Source of the DNA: Nitrosopumilus sp.
GTDB taxonomy: Archaea > Thermoproteota > Nitrososphaeria > Nitrososphaerales > Nitrosopumilaceae
Direction: 5' to 3'
Assembly (NCBI GenBank): GCA_965203315.1
Contig: OZ241857.1
Span: 1,856,001 to 1,920,000 of the forward strand
Length of the DNA stretch: 64,000 bases
The position numbers and the translations under genes are program-made. Shown one piece after another: positions 21,751-32,712 of this stretch. Each line of letters starts with the position of its first letter. Positions within the stretch are counted from its first letter, which is position 1. The notes under the pieces are model-generated. The model saw nothing but the letters and a program-made list of their open reading frames with translations. It ran no database searches and had not been told where the DNA came from.

Positions 21751-23493
21751 CTACCAATACTTTGCCTTGACCTTTTCTATAACTTGCTCATGTTCGTGAC
21801 TCTTTTTACGCGCATATCGTTCCATAGCTCCTAGCGGAACACCTCCGAGTGATCGAGCAATGGCATTGAAAAAGTATCGTTGCGGTCCCTTGGAACCAGT
21901 CTTTGTCATAAATTTTTGAATGCCGTACTTAAAGTTGTGCTGCCATGTCTTGTATAGTACTCCAAGTTGTGCTGGTGTCATCTCATTACCAATGTTGAAA
22001 AAGTCAGACTTTTCAAGCAAACCAATAGGAACAAATGTGAGTGCAGTAGCTGTAAACATTGATCCTGGTTGTTCTTGCTCTAATTCATTGATGAGGCGTA
22101 TCGTCTCCCATGAATCTTCGGGTGTTTCATCATTGTCTAATCCCATAATAAGCGTGAATGCAGGAATCCAATAGTTCTCGTTAAGTGTCTTTACTCCTTC
22201 CTTTACTACCCAGTGCCATTCTTCTGGTGCATATGGCGCAAGTTTGCGATCTGCATACTTGTCGATCAATCGAAGGCTACCTGTCTCAAATCCTGCCTGT
22301 ACGCCAATCATGTTATCGGGACCTGCACGAATGATTCTAGATAGATTTGGAATGAGTCTCTCGTCTGCAATAGCTCCTGCTAGTGTTCCGTGTGTTGGAT
22401 TGGTATGCTCGATTCCAGTAGACATGATCGCAGTGAATAGCTCCTCTAGCGCTTCACGATTAGGCTCCATTCCTTTTGCGGTTCTAGGATCCATTCCATA
22501 GACAAAGATATCATCGCTATGAACCCAAGCAGACTTTGAACCGCCTTTCTTTAGATTGATCTCGATCTCTTTTTTGACTTTTTCAGGCGGATAGTATCGT
22601 AGTGAACGTAGCGTTACGTCACAAAACTTACAGCCACGTCCACATCCGCGCATCACTTCTATCATTCCATGCATGCTGGGCTCTACGATGTTTGGAATCT
22701 CTTCTAACTCTGGTCTATCCCAAAAGTTGACAAATCTTCCATGCATCTTGCGCCCATTTCTCTCGAACTCTTTTATGTTTACTTTAAAGTCACTTCGCTT
22801 TCTAAACGGATCCATGTTCTCAAAGTCGCCATTGATCAAATAGTTGAAGAAACGACCTGCATGGCCGTCAATCTCTGGCGCAATACCGCCTAACTCGCCT
22901 TCTAATATTGCATATATTCCAAACTCTTCGATCTTTTCTGGATCATAGTTGTACTGCCATGTACCCGAAGCACCAGATATGACTTTTGCATGACTTCCAT
23001 TCTTCTTCTTTGCCGCCTTTATTCTGTGATGCAGCTCTGTGTTGTAATATTCGTCATATGATATCTGTTTTCGTCCATAAGTAAACGTCATGGTTACAGG
23101 ACCCATGCCTAGTGGATCCATCTCATATGTGCCAACAACCTCTGTCTCTGGACCTATAAACTTCTCTATGTGATCTGGATGCGCTACAACAACCTCTTGT
23201 CTACCGAACCCGTCTCGTAATAGGCCTGCTTCGAGTTTACGTAGTCCATATGGAGCATAGTTTGCAATGCCATTGGTGTGTGGAATATAATTGCATATAA
23301 AGTCAAAGAGAATCTTGGGCGTAACCTGTTTACCTAAAATCTTGTACCATACGCTACTCTTATCTCGATTTGGATCGATGGCAGGTGCGCAACCAAAGAA
23401 TGTAGCAAGTGACAATCCCCGATATGGTGACATTAACGTTCTATCGGCAGTTAACACTATCTTTGGAGTACCCATGTTCTTCAACGAGATCAT
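21751..23493 (-). CDS. Radical SAM protein (archaeal, B12-binding-type)
   Basis: RGCGRGCKFC (CxxxCxxC) and APYGLRKLEA. Confidence 0.88.
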   Translation of the reverse strand: MISLKNMGTPKIVLTADRTLMSPYRGLSLATFFGCAPAIDPNRDKSSVWYKILGKQVTPKILFDFICNYIPHTNGIANYAPYGLRKLEAGLLRDGFGRQEVVVAHPDHIEKFIGPETEVVGTYEMDPLGMGPVTMTFTYGRKQISYDEYYNTELHHRIKAAKKKNGSHAKVISGASGTWQYNYDPEKIEEFGIYAILEGELGGIAPEIDGHAGRFFNYLINGDFENMDPFRKRSDFKVNIKEFERNGRKMHGRFVNFWDRPELEEIPNIVEPSMHGMIEVMRGCGRGCKFCDVTLRSLRYYPPEKVKKEIEINLKKGGSKSAWVHSDDIFVYGMDPRTAKGMEPNREALEELFTAIMSTGIEHTNPTHGTLAGAIADERLIPNLSRIIRAGPDNMIGVQAGFETGSLRLIDKYADRKLAPYAPEEWHWVVKEGVKTLNENYWIPAFTLIMGLDNDETPEDSWETIRLINELEQEQPGSMFTATALTFVPIGLLEKSDFFNIGNEMTPAQLGVLYKTWQHNFKYGIQKFMTKTGSKGPQRYFFNAIARSLGGVPLGAMERYARKKSHEHEQVIEKVKAKYW

Positions 23494-23698
23494 TGTGTGA
23501 TTTATTTTAAACCTTGCTAGTAATGTAATATGCTAGATTACTGCACATCTAGTCGGGGTTTGGAGTGCTTGGTTTGTATATCGTGTAGGTTCTGCTAATT
23601 TGGTGTGGGCTGAGATCTAGATGACGATGTTTTGAGGACTGATTGTGTGACTAACACTAGTTTACAATAGTCGATACACGACAGTCTCTATATTTTAT

Positions 23699-24927
23699 CA
23701 GTCATCCCAAATGTGCTGCCTCGTAGACTCATTTCGTGGGTGGTGGCCAACGAGCCATTATCTCTCGAAAACGCAGCTGTAAAAATGTCTTAAAGTACAC
23801 CTTGGTGACTTTCTTGCCCATCTCTGAGAATCCTTTTGTTTCAGATGGCATGTGTCGTGCTAGGATCCATGCGTTGTAAAATAACATACTAAACAAAAAC
23901 AGCATAAATCTTACAGATTCACTCTTACTCTGCATCTTTAATCTCATCTGTTCTAGATCACGATATCCAGACTCTATGATCCATCGACTTGCATATATCG
24001 ATATGTCGATGTCGGGATCATTTGTTGCATATGCCATCAACTTTCCTTTTCTGTTCTTGGTTATTATCATGGTAAAAGGTACGGTCAATCCTTTTCCGTT
24101 GGTGATTTTCGCTTGCGATATTCTGCTACGTAATCCTTGCTGATACTCTCGTATGCAGTTCTTAACATATGCCGTGTTTTTACATGGGGTAAGAAACTTG
24201 TACGTGGTATTTTGAAATTTAGCAAATATCTCTGCAACATAAAATTCACGATCAAACAAGAATACACCGATCTTGAACTTGTATGACACACAAATATCGA
24301 TGATTTTATCTATAGAAACTATGTTATTATCAGCTGCAGACATGAGAATACCTGCAAGATTTAGTTTTGCTATTGGATGAGCAACTTGAGCAGTCATGTA
24401 GGTTACCTTGTCTGTTCCCTTGTCTGGTTTGCAGCGTTTCAGTTTTTTATTTTGTTTGTCGTATCGCATGATTTTGTGTTTGTCTATTGCAATGTTGACT
24501 ACATCTGGCCAAATATCTGCATCCTGTAAAGCTTTGATCTGCTGTTTGACAATCGTTTTGAATTGCCTTTGGAAATTAAGTTTAGAAATTTTTACAAATA
24601 ATACTCTAAACCATTCACTCGTTGGCGATAGTTCGAATATCTGTCTTACAGATATTGCACAGCTTGTAATCGTTGCACTATTTATCATGGTCGCTATCAT
24701 CACGTAAAAGACATTGTACTCGTCGTACAATCTATTGTATCGATTTGATACTGGTATCTCAAGAGAGAATAGCCACATGATGATGGCATTATGTGTTGTT
24801 CTTTTTGAGCGCACGTCACGTTGCATCAGGGTTTTTTGAACCATAAAGAGTATCCAAAAACTTGCCCGATCTAAATGTTTAGATCGACCCTCATCTCAGC
24901 CCAATCGGAGCACATTTGGGATGTCTG
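23699..24927 (-). mobile_element. ISH3-like insertion sequence (second family)
   Basis: TIR CAGTCATCCCAAATGTGCT / AGCACATTTGGGATGTCTG and 5-bp TSD TTTAT. Confidence 0.9.
23729..24844 (-). CDS. DDE transposase (ISH3/IS4-like)
   Basis: IAID, LFDREFY, YATND and YASRWIIESGYR; visibly homologous to the 16658 transposase. Confidence 0.9.
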   Translation of the reverse strand: MVQKTLMQRDVRSKRTTHNAIIMWLFSLEIPVSNRYNRLYDEYNVFYVMIATMINSATITSCAISVRQIFELSPTSEWFRVLFVKISKLNFQRQFKTIVKQQIKALQDADIWPDVVNIAIDKHKIMRYDKQNKKLKRCKPDKGTDKVTYMTAQVAHPIAKLNLAGILMSAADNNIVSIDKIIDICVSYKFKIGVFLFDREFYVAEIFAKFQNTTYKFLTPCKNTAYVKNCIREYQQGLRSRISQAKITNGKGLTVPFTMIITKNRKGKLMAYATNDPDIDISIYASRWIIESGYRDLEQMRLKMQSKSESVRFMLFLFSMLFYNAWILARHMPSETKGFSEMGKKVTKVYFKTFLQLRFREIMARWPPPTK

Positions 24928-25231
24928 TTTATAAACTGAGAATTTTGTACAAAAATTGTCAACATCTGCTGTGTTGACCGAACTTGAGCATTTGTAATGG
25001 TTTAGTTATTTACAAGCAACAATCCAAAGATCGTTATGATCAATTGTGGTATATCCAAAGATGTGTCTGACGCTAATAAATGAAAGCAGATCTATTATGT
25101 GATCCGTCTAGACGTACTTTGGGTTCTGGGCATGATATTCAACCATGCCGTGTTGTGACAACTTGATATCGTACAAGACATGGCATATTGCATTATCCTT
25201 ATATATATGGTAAATACTTTATTTTACAGTA

Positions 25232-26368
25232 ATGGGTGAAAGAGAAAGACTGGATTTAATCAAAAAGATACAAGAGACGCGAAATTCTTATGTTATTACT
25301 TATGTCTTGAGTGATCGGGACGGTTATCAAACATCTATTGCGTCAGATGCAGTACGAATTTTTTATGAACATTTAGAAGATTATCATAAAAAAATACCTA
25401 GACTTGATCTGTTCATGTATAGTGTGGGTGGTGACACAAGTACACCATGGAGGATTGTTTCTCTGTTTAGAGAATTTGCTGAAGAGATTAACATTTTGAT
25501 TCCATATAAAGCATTAAGCGCAGCTACCCTTGTGGCGATCGGAATGGATAACATAATCATGGGTAAAAAAGGAGAGCTGGGTCCTATTGATCCCACTGTA
25601 AACAGTAATTTCAATCCCATAGATCCTATTGTACAAAATCGTTCATTGCCGATTAATGTGGAAGATATTTCAAGCTATATTGATTTGATGAAGAAATTCG
25701 GCATAACTGGACAGAAACAAATTGGACAAAGTTTTGCAAAACTTGCAGATGCTGTCAATCCAATAGCTTTGGGATATATCAATAGACATTACTCATTCAT
25801 TAGAATGACTGCTACAAAACTTTTAAAATCTCAAAAGAAGCCACTTAACGATCAAAAAATTAGTCACATTGTAAAACAGTTGATCGAAGAAATCTATTTT
25901 CACGGTCATGGTATAGCTAGAATGGAAGCAAAAGATATCGGACTGAAAATAATTCGTCCTGATCAAAAATTAGAAGAATTGATGTGGAAATTATATTTAG
26001 AGTATGAGAATGATCTCCAACTTACACAACCTTTAAACCCAAAAGACATTCTAGAAGAGAGAAAAGCAGATCGTTTTGTAATGGATGGAGTACCTGGAGC
26101 GTATATAGAATCTGAAAAACACTCTCATGTTTATAGGGGGAATATAGAATTCATTACAAAAAGGGCAATACCACAAACGATGAACATAAATTTCCCATTA
26201 CCTTCAAACAATGATAAATTAGATTTTGATCAACTACTAAAATTACGTGAATATGTACAAAAGATAGTTTATGAAGAGATCGTCAAGCAATCCTATGTAC
26301 TAGCATATGATGTAGACTTTAGCAAGATGAATTGGTATCTTAATCATGATTGGATCAAGCTAGTATAA
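25232..26368 (+). CDS. ClpP/SDH-like serine protease (DUF114-type)
   Basis: LFMYSVGG, ALSAATL, ELGPIDP and FHGHGI motifs; TATA-like TTATATATA at 25199-25207. Confidence 0.8.
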   Translation: MGERERLDLIKKIQETRNSYVITYVLSDRDGYQTSIASDAVRIFYEHLEDYHKKIPRLDLFMYSVGGDTSTPWRIVSLFREFAEEINILIPYKALSAATLVAIGMDNIIMGKKGELGPIDPTVNSNFNPIDPIVQNRSLPINVEDISSYIDLMKKFGITGQKQIGQSFAKLADAVNPIALGYINRHYSFIRMTATKLLKSQKKPLNDQKISHIVKQLIEEIYFHGHGIARMEAKDIGLKIIRPDQKLEELMWKLYLEYENDLQLTQPLNPKDILEERKADRFVMDGVPGAYIESEKHSHVYRGNIEFITKRAIPQTMNINFPLPSNNDKLDFDQLLKLREYVQKIVYEEIVKQSYVLAYDVDFSKMNWYLNHDWIKLV

Positions 26369-26660
26369 ATTTCCCTTCTGGCCACGTACCTTCTCTCTTT
26401 ATGTTTGTTCTGGTGATTAGTGGGCGCTGCCTAGTATTTTCATATGTATAAGTAAAACTATCTGCGGGAACAAATCTGATGTTTATTGTTACTTTATTCA
26501 CCATGTTAATACTTGAACCTTGTATAATATAAGTAATGTGTTGTGAGTTCGGTAGTGTGGGATCCGGAAAACTATCTAGTACTCTATCATCGTTCATAGA
26601 TCTCTTGTCTTGTATGTGACACATCTGTGAACTAGCAGTCATATCCTTATCTGATCTCAT
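26355..26660 (-). CDS. Hypothetical protein
   Basis: 101-aa ORF convergent on the protease; no recognisable motif. Confidence 0.3.
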   Translation of the reverse strand: MRSDKDMTASSQMCHIQDKRSMNDDRVLDSFPDPTLPNSQHITYIIQGSSINMVNKVTINIRFVPADSFTYTYENTRQRPLITRTNIKREGTWPEGKFILA

Positions 26661-26728
26661 TATCTGATACTATTCGACATGATCGTCTAGACCCTAATCT
26701 ATAAATTCATAAGAGTTGTAGTCTATTC

Positions 26729-26911
26729 ATGGCAACACACGGCTCGCTTACTAAAGCAGGAAAGGTTAGAGGTCAGACCCCCAAGGTTGAGGGTAGAAAG
26801 ATAGTTGGAACAAACTCTAGTCTGCGTAACAAACGCAACTTTGTGAAGCGGTTTGTTTTAGGTCGAGTACCAGGTCAGAACAAGCCCGGTCAAAAACGAA
26901 GAAAGCGTTAG
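26729..26911 (+). CDS. rps30e: 30S ribosomal protein S30e
   Basis: HGSLTKAGKVRGQTPKV. Confidence 0.96.
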   Translation: MATHGSLTKAGKVRGQTPKVEGRKIVGTNSSLRNKRNFVKRFVLGRVPGQNKPGQKRRKR

Positions 26912-26922
26912 AGCATTCAAAC

Positions 26923-27606
26923 CTACAAACCAAACTCTGATTTCAAGTTGGTGTAAAATTTCACCATATTGTCGTTCACTTTGGGTAGTAGTGTATCGAT
27001 ATCTGAGCGAATCTTATCTGGATTAATGTCTGGAGTATTTTGGATCTTTTCGTATGTGTTATCTAGCCAGAGATTCACCATGTTGCGATCTATCTCCATA
27101 TGAAATTGGAGTCCTATTACACTCTTGTATCGAAAGGCTTGATTCTTGTAATGTGTGGATGATGCAAGTCTTGTTGCACCGTCTGGTAAGTCAAATGTAT
27201 CTCCGTGCCAATGAAATACCGTGAACCGTCGTTCAAATCCTGCAAATATCTCTGAATCACACTCGATGTATAGATCATCATAGAATCCGATCTCTCTTCT
27301 TGATCCCTTGTATACGCGACTACCGAGTGCTCTTGCAGCCAGCTGTGATCCCAGGCAAATTCCTAGCAGTGGTGTTCCGTCATGTATGCAGCGTTTCACC
27401 AACTCTTCTTCGGCTCGTAGATGTGGCAGATCATCATTTGCACTATTTGGAGCGCCGAGTATTATGATCAGTGAGAACTGTTTATCAGGGATACTGGTAT
27501 ACTTTGCATTGATCGATGTTATGTTGAAACCATCTTGTTTCAATAGATGACCTAGATATCCAGACCCCTCTATCTTTGTATTTTGTATTAAAAGAACACT
27601 AGACAT
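26923..27606 (-). CDS. Class I glutamine amidotransferase
   Basis: LGICLGSQL, HWHGDTF and QFHME. Confidence 0.9.
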   Translation of the reverse strand: MSSVLLIQNTKIEGSGYLGHLLKQDGFNITSINAKYTSIPDKQFSLIIILGAPNSANDDLPHLRAEEELVKRCIHDGTPLLGICLGSQLAARALGSRVYKGSRREIGFYDDLYIECDSEIFAGFERRFTVFHWHGDTFDLPDGATRLASSTHYKNQAFRYKSVIGLQFHMEIDRNMVNLWLDNTYEKIQNTPDINPDKIRSDIDTLLPKVNDNMVKFYTNLKSEFGL

Positions 27607-27614
27607 TAATCCAA

Positions 27615-28889
27615 CTAGGGCCAGACGCCTTTCTGTTCAAAAGCTTCTAAAACTCGTTGTACTGCTAGGACCATCGTAGCTTTTCTCATGTCGATCTTGT
27701 GCTCCTTTGATTTCGCATATGCGTCTTTGAATCCCTTTGTAATGTTACTTTCCATCTTTTTTGCAACTTCGTCAAACGTCCAATAATACCCCATGTTGTT
27801 TTGTACCCACTCTAAATACGATATACATACACCACCCGAGTTGGCCAAGATATCTGGAATCACCAATATCTTCTTTTTGTATATGATTGGATCTGCTTCT
27901 GGTAGTGTTGGACCATTTGCGGCCTCTGCAAGTATCTTGCATTTTAGATTCTTTGCAATATCCTCTGTTATCTGATTCTCCAAAGCAGCAGGAATCAAAA
28001 TATCGCATTTTGTTGTCAACAATTGTTCTGTAGTAATCTCTTTACTGCCTGGAAACCCTACAACAGATCCTGTCTCTTGCTTGTAATTTAGAATCTTGTC
28101 AACTTTGGCCCCTTTTGGAATGGATATTGATCCCTTGGAGTCGCTAACACCAATTACAATCACCCCCATCTTTTCAAGAGACTCTCCTGCAAAGGTTGCA
28201 GCATTGCCAAACCCCTGCAAAACTACTTTGGCACCTTTTAGATTTAATTTTAGTTTCTTTGCGGCCTCTCTTACTGTATACGCTGCACCGAGTCCGGTCG
28301 CAACGTTTCGCGCAAGTGATCCTCCCATGGATATTGGTTTGCCTGTGATTACGCCAGGCGAATATCTATTTCCATTTAGTTTACTAAATGTATCCATTAT
28401 CTGGGTCATCTCACGACCTGTAGTGTACACGTCTGGAGCAGGAATGTCTTTCTCTGGACCTATGATCTCTGATATCTTGTATGCAAATCCGCGAGTTAGT
28501 CGCTCCAATTCGCCGTCACTGAGATTCTCAGTCTTGGGATTGACGTATATTGCTCCCTTACCTCCTCCTAATGGAATATCAACTATTGCACACTTCCACG
28601 TCATCCATGAAGATAGTGCCATGACTTCGCGTTCCATGTACTCGACTCCACCTTTTGGATTAAAGTAACGAATACCTCCCTTGTACGGACCCCGATCGTT
28701 ATTATGTTGACTACGAAAACCTGTGAATATTCGTATGCTTCCATCATCCATCTTTACTGGAATCTTTACTCTCAAAACTTTGTTTGGCATCGCAAGATAG
28801 TTGCGTATCTCTTGATCCTCAATCCCTAATATGTCACATGCATCGTTTACCTGTTTAGTGGCGTTTGCAAACGGATCTGATTCTACCAA
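27615..28889 (-). CDS. gdhA: Glutamate dehydrogenase (Glu/Leu/Phe/Val family)
   Basis: GPYKGGIRY, PLGGGKG, DIPAPDV, QGFGN and PDILANSGGV. Confidence 0.95.
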   Translation of the reverse strand: MVESDPFANATKQVNDACDILGIEDQEIRNYLAMPNKVLRVKIPVKMDDGSIRIFTGFRSQHNNDRGPYKGGIRYFNPKGGVEYMEREVMALSSWMTWKCAIVDIPLGGGKGAIYVNPKTENLSDGELERLTRGFAYKISEIIGPEKDIPAPDVYTTGREMTQIMDTFSKLNGNRYSPGVITGKPISMGGSLARNVATGLGAAYTVREAAKKLKLNLKGAKVVLQGFGNAATFAGESLEKMGVIVIGVSDSKGSISIPKGAKVDKILNYKQETGSVVGFPGSKEITTEQLLTTKCDILIPAALENQITEDIAKNLKCKILAEAANGPTLPEADPIIYKKKILVIPDILANSGGVCISYLEWVQNNMGYYWTFDEVAKKMESNITKGFKDAYAKSKEHKIDMRKATMVLAVQRVLEAFEQKGVWP

Positions 28890-28932
28890 ACTATTATGTC
28901 TAATATATTGGACTATTTAAGTTTGGTTTTAC

Positions 28933-29046
28933 AGATCTCTTCGATTTATCTGGGATATGATTTTAACAGAAAAAGTACTGTTGGACTTTATGGGAACATT
29001 TTTAGAAAAGTCTTGGAAAAATACCATCTACGTTCTTCCACCAATC
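28933..29046 (+). repeat. Family B palindromic repeat, copy 3
   Basis: agatctcttcgatttatctgggatatgattttaacagaaaaag...tttagaaaag...ataccatcta; the right end is decayed. Confidence 0.65.
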
Positions 29047-29193
29047 ATATTTTGATCGCTATATGATCTGCTAACTAGATTGTCGATAATCGCACAAGAT
29101 CAAGAACATGCGATGTCAATGTACGTTGATTCTAACACGGTGTAGAGTCATACTATATACCCTTAAATTAACTTGAAACTAACTGCCTGTATT

Positions 29194-29916
29194 ATGATGG
29201 CATCGCGTGGGTACGATATGACGCCCACAATGTACTCACCTGATGGAAGGATCTATCAAGTAGAGTATGCGTTAGAGACTGTAAAGCGCGGTACTTTGGC
29301 GATTGGAATCATATCCAAAGATGGGATAATTGTTGCAGTAGAAGAACAGCCTAGATCACTCCAATCAACAGATATCACTCAAAAGATCTTTCAAGTAGAC
29401 TATCACATAGGCGTAGCAGCAGCAGGCTATATTCCAGATGCACGTGTTCAAGTTGATAACGCTAGATTATTCTCACAAGGAAATCGTATTACGTACAACG
29501 AGTCAGTTGAGGTCATAACAGTTGCCAAACACCTTGCAGATATGTCACACCAATTTACTCAATATTCTGGTGTAAGACCAAACGGAGTATCACTGATAAT
29601 TGCAGGAATTGATCAAAAAGGCGAGTCTATATACGTCACTGATCCAAGTGGTACGTTTGTCCAATACTCTGCAGTTGCTATAGGCGCGGGTTCAGACGAT
29701 GTGAATACATTTCTTGAGAAAAATTATGATCCTGAGATGAGTTTAGATGATATTGCAGCGCTAGCCATTGCATCATTGAATCTCAAAGTAGAGAAGAAAG
29801 ACGATACAGATCACATAAAGATGGCCAAAATTACCACAACCAACAAGATATTTGAACGGGTACCCGAGCCAGATCTACAAAAGTATGCAGCAAGTACTAT
29901 CAAGTTTGAGCAGTAG
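29194..29916 (+). CDS. psmA: Proteasome alpha subunit
   Basis: GYDMTPTMYSPDGRIYQVEYA. Confidence 0.96.
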   Translation: MMASRGYDMTPTMYSPDGRIYQVEYALETVKRGTLAIGIISKDGIIVAVEEQPRSLQSTDITQKIFQVDYHIGVAAAGYIPDARVQVDNARLFSQGNRITYNESVEVITVAKHLADMSHQFTQYSGVRPNGVSLIIAGIDQKGESIYVTDPSGTFVQYSAVAIGAGSDDVNTFLEKNYDPEMSLDDIAALAIASLNLKVEKKDDTDHIKMAKITTTNKIFERVPEPDLQKYAASTIKFEQ

Positions 29917-29939
29917 GAACTTTAACCTGTGATGTGTAG

Positions 29940-30623
29940 ATGGGTCTTGGTAGCTATTGGGCTGATGTTATCAAAGTTTTAAGCGAGATCATTCCCATAT
30001 ACGATAAAGTAAACTCGATAATCTCATTAGGCAAAGACGTTGAACACAGAAGACGTGGAATATCGGGTAGAATATCATCTGGAGATCGTATCCTCGATGC
30101 AGGTTCTGGTTTTGGAAACATGTCCAAGACTGCATTAGAGATTGCTAATGTATCAGTAACACTATATGATCCACTCGTACCGATGCTCAAGAATACCGGT
30201 TCACATTTTGATGAAATTCCTGATATGACAAACGGCGTATTTGAGCACATTCCTTTTAGAGATGATGAGTTTGATGCTGTACTCTGTGGATACTCTTTAC
30301 GAGATGCAATTAATCTACGAATAGCAATATCTGAGATTCATAGAGTGCTCAAAGATGGAGGTAGATTTGTGATAGTTGATCTGGGCAAACCAGATAACCG
30401 GATAATTCGTACGGGTGTTGCATTCTATCTACGATGTATTCTTCCTATACTCGCATTTGCAGTTGGAGGAAGATTAGGACTCAAGTTTGGAACATTATAT
30501 GGAACATTTCAGAGGTGGCCACATAACAGCAAATTGAGATCTATGTTACTTGACAAGTTTACAAAAGTAGAGTTTGAACAAGATCTCTTGGGTGGGGCAA
30601 TAATGGTCGCAGCATACAAGTAA
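29940..30623 (+). CDS. UbiE/MenG-like class I SAM methyltransferase
   Basis: YDKVNSIISLG, ILDAGSGFG, PFRDDEFD and HRVLKDGG. Confidence 0.85.
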   Translation: MGLGSYWADVIKVLSEIIPIYDKVNSIISLGKDVEHRRRGISGRISSGDRILDAGSGFGNMSKTALEIANVSVTLYDPLVPMLKNTGSHFDEIPDMTNGVFEHIPFRDDEFDAVLCGYSLRDAINLRIAISEIHRVLKDGGRFVIVDLGKPDNRIIRTGVAFYLRCILPILAFAVGGRLGLKFGTLYGTFQRWPHNSKLRSMLLDKFTKVEFEQDLLGGAIMVAAYK

Positions 30624-30626
30624 AAT

Positions 30627-31349
30627 TCAAAATGGACTATATTCAAATCCGTCTAGATCGCTAAAGATTCTAAGATTCTTGATCTCTGCTTCGATCTCTT
30701 GTTTGAATCTAGTAAAGTCTGTGTCGTTGGTATACAGTACAATGCGTTTTGGTTGAGATATGCAATATGCCAAGATCTCTCTGTCGTTATCTACGTATAT
30801 CTCGTATGAATTAAAAGTTTGCGTCTGGTTATGTTGAGGTCTTTTTGGAATACGCCACACACTGGCTCTAACTCTACCTCCATTTGCAGATGTGCTTGCT
30901 TCTTTACGTATGATGTGATATCTATAGACGTTTGGATTGAACTCTTTGATGTATGTTCTGAGTTGATCTACTCTGTTCAGTGAATCTTTGGATATGTTGT
31001 TATCACCATCATGTAGTTTTATGTCACCAAGTACAGTCTCTGCATATTTATCAGATATCTGCGCTAGTATCTTTTTGTAGCATGTATAATTTTGATTGCA
31101 AATCCAGTAATACAATACACCATGAAATTCGTTATGTACGATTCTACATAATTTGATCTTTTTATTATTGTATGTGGTATTGATCGCATATACATGCTCT
31201 TGATTCATCTTTTTCATGCTAAAGTTTGGTACTATCATTTTCAGATGCTTAGAACAATAGTTTAATAGTATGTTTGTATCCAGAGTCATACAAAAATCAT
31301 CATGTCTTGCATCGCGTAATAATAATGAGACGTTGTTGATCTTTTGCAT
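30627..31349 (-). CDS. Orphan PIN-like domain protein
   Basis: LDTNILL, NEF, NDREIL and LYTNDTDF give an acidic PIN-type pattern. Confidence 0.6.
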   Translation of the reverse strand: MQKINNVSLLLRDARHDDFCMTLDTNILLNYCSKHLKMIVPNFSMKKMNQEHVYAINTTYNNKKIKLCRIVHNEFHGVLYYWICNQNYTCYKKILAQISDKYAETVLGDIKLHDGDNNISKDSLNRVDQLRTYIKEFNPNVYRYHIIRKEASTSANGGRVRASVWRIPKRPQHNQTQTFNSYEIYVDNDREILAYCISQPKRIVLYTNDTDFTRFKQEIEAEIKNLRIFSDLDGFEYSPF

Positions 31350-31532
31350 AATAAAATAGTATTGTCGTATTTTTTAAATTTTGGTTAGTTTACTAATCCT
31401 ATTCGATCTTTGTAAATACTTTGGATATGGAATCAAGACTAGATTGATTGCAAAGTTACACTCGTGATGGTACGGGTGTTAGTTTGACTGCTTCTAGCAG
31501 GGTTAATTTCATGCCGTATATCACAATATGAT

Positions 31533-32675
31533 ATGAATCGTACACTATTGTTAGTATATCTGACTGGGCTAATAATTGGCATATCGTATGGAATGCATGC
31601 TCCCATCTTGCCTGTATTTGCAAAGAATGCCTTGAATGCCAATTATTCCGAGTTGGGATTCATCGGATTAACAAATTTTGTTCCCTATATGTTTATTCCA
31701 TTCTTTGTTGGGATACTATTAGATCGATTCAACAATGGTTATCTACTATCTGTGGGGGTTGCAATAAACACCATCTCAATCTATCTATTATCGATTGTCC
31801 AATCTGTCCCAGAGGTGATGGGGGCTAGAGTCTTGACCGGGGTGGCACACGCATTCTTTTGGCCACCATGTGAGTCAATAATAACTGCTGTGAGTAATAA
31901 TGAGAACCGTGTCCAAAATATCTCGTTATTTACAATGTTCTTTGTGATAGGGTTTATGGTAGGTCCACTAATCGGAAATATCTTTCTAGATGGATTTGAC
32001 GTATCGTATAGAGTACTCTTTCAGATCACTGCATTTGTACTAGCAGCTGCGATCATCACCGCGTTATTTACATCAAAGAAGAGACAGGCCAAACACGTAC
32101 GATTCTCTCTTTCATCGATCTTTATGATGAAAAGATTTCCAGAAGTGATTATGCTGTTGATCTTTTTTACATCTACCTTTGGAATAATCTTGACCATCTA
32201 TCCTGCATTTCTAAACGATCGTGGAATGACTGACACAGATATACTATACCTGTACTTTATCTTTGGAATATCTAGAGTCATATCACTTGTATTTGGTGGC
32301 AGATTTGCTAAACGTACTAGTCATACGTTGATTGCAGCTGTGATGTCTATATCTGTGGGACTAGGCATATCTATAATCTCTGTATCTTTTGTAGAATTTG
32401 CAATCGCACTTGGTCTGATGGGATTCGGTTTTGCCATATTCTCTCCACTAACTCTAGAGATCATACTGAGCAAGACAAAGAGAAACATGTCTGGTAGTAT
32501 AATAGGCACATATGAGACTGTCTTTGGTATAGGGTGGGTAATCGGTCCCACTTTGGGCGGACCTTTGGCGCAGCTGTTTTCAACTACTATGCCGTATGTC
32601 GTATTTTGTATGATCGGTCTTGGAATCTTTGTCCTGTCTATAATCCGATATAAAGTGCTACAGCCTGAACGATAA
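31533..32675 (+). CDS. MFS transporter
   Basis: About 12 TM segments and motif A (GILLDRFN). Confidence 0.9.
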   Translation: MNRTLLLVYLTGLIIGISYGMHAPILPVFAKNALNANYSELGFIGLTNFVPYMFIPFFVGILLDRFNNGYLLSVGVAINTISIYLLSIVQSVPEVMGARVLTGVAHAFFWPPCESIITAVSNNENRVQNISLFTMFFVIGFMVGPLIGNIFLDGFDVSYRVLFQITAFVLAAAIITALFTSKKRQAKHVRFSLSSIFMMKRFPEVIMLLIFFTSTFGIILTIYPAFLNDRGMTDTDILYLYFIFGISRVISLVFGGRFAKRTSHTLIAAVMSISVGLGISIISVSFVEFAIALGLMGFGFAIFSPLTLEIILSKTKRNMSGSIIGTYETVFGIGWVIGPTLGGPLAQLFSTTMPYVVFCMIGLGIFVLSIIRYKVLQPER

Positions 32676-32712
32676 CATTAAGTTTAATTTAAAATTGTAT
32701 TCTAGTGTATGC

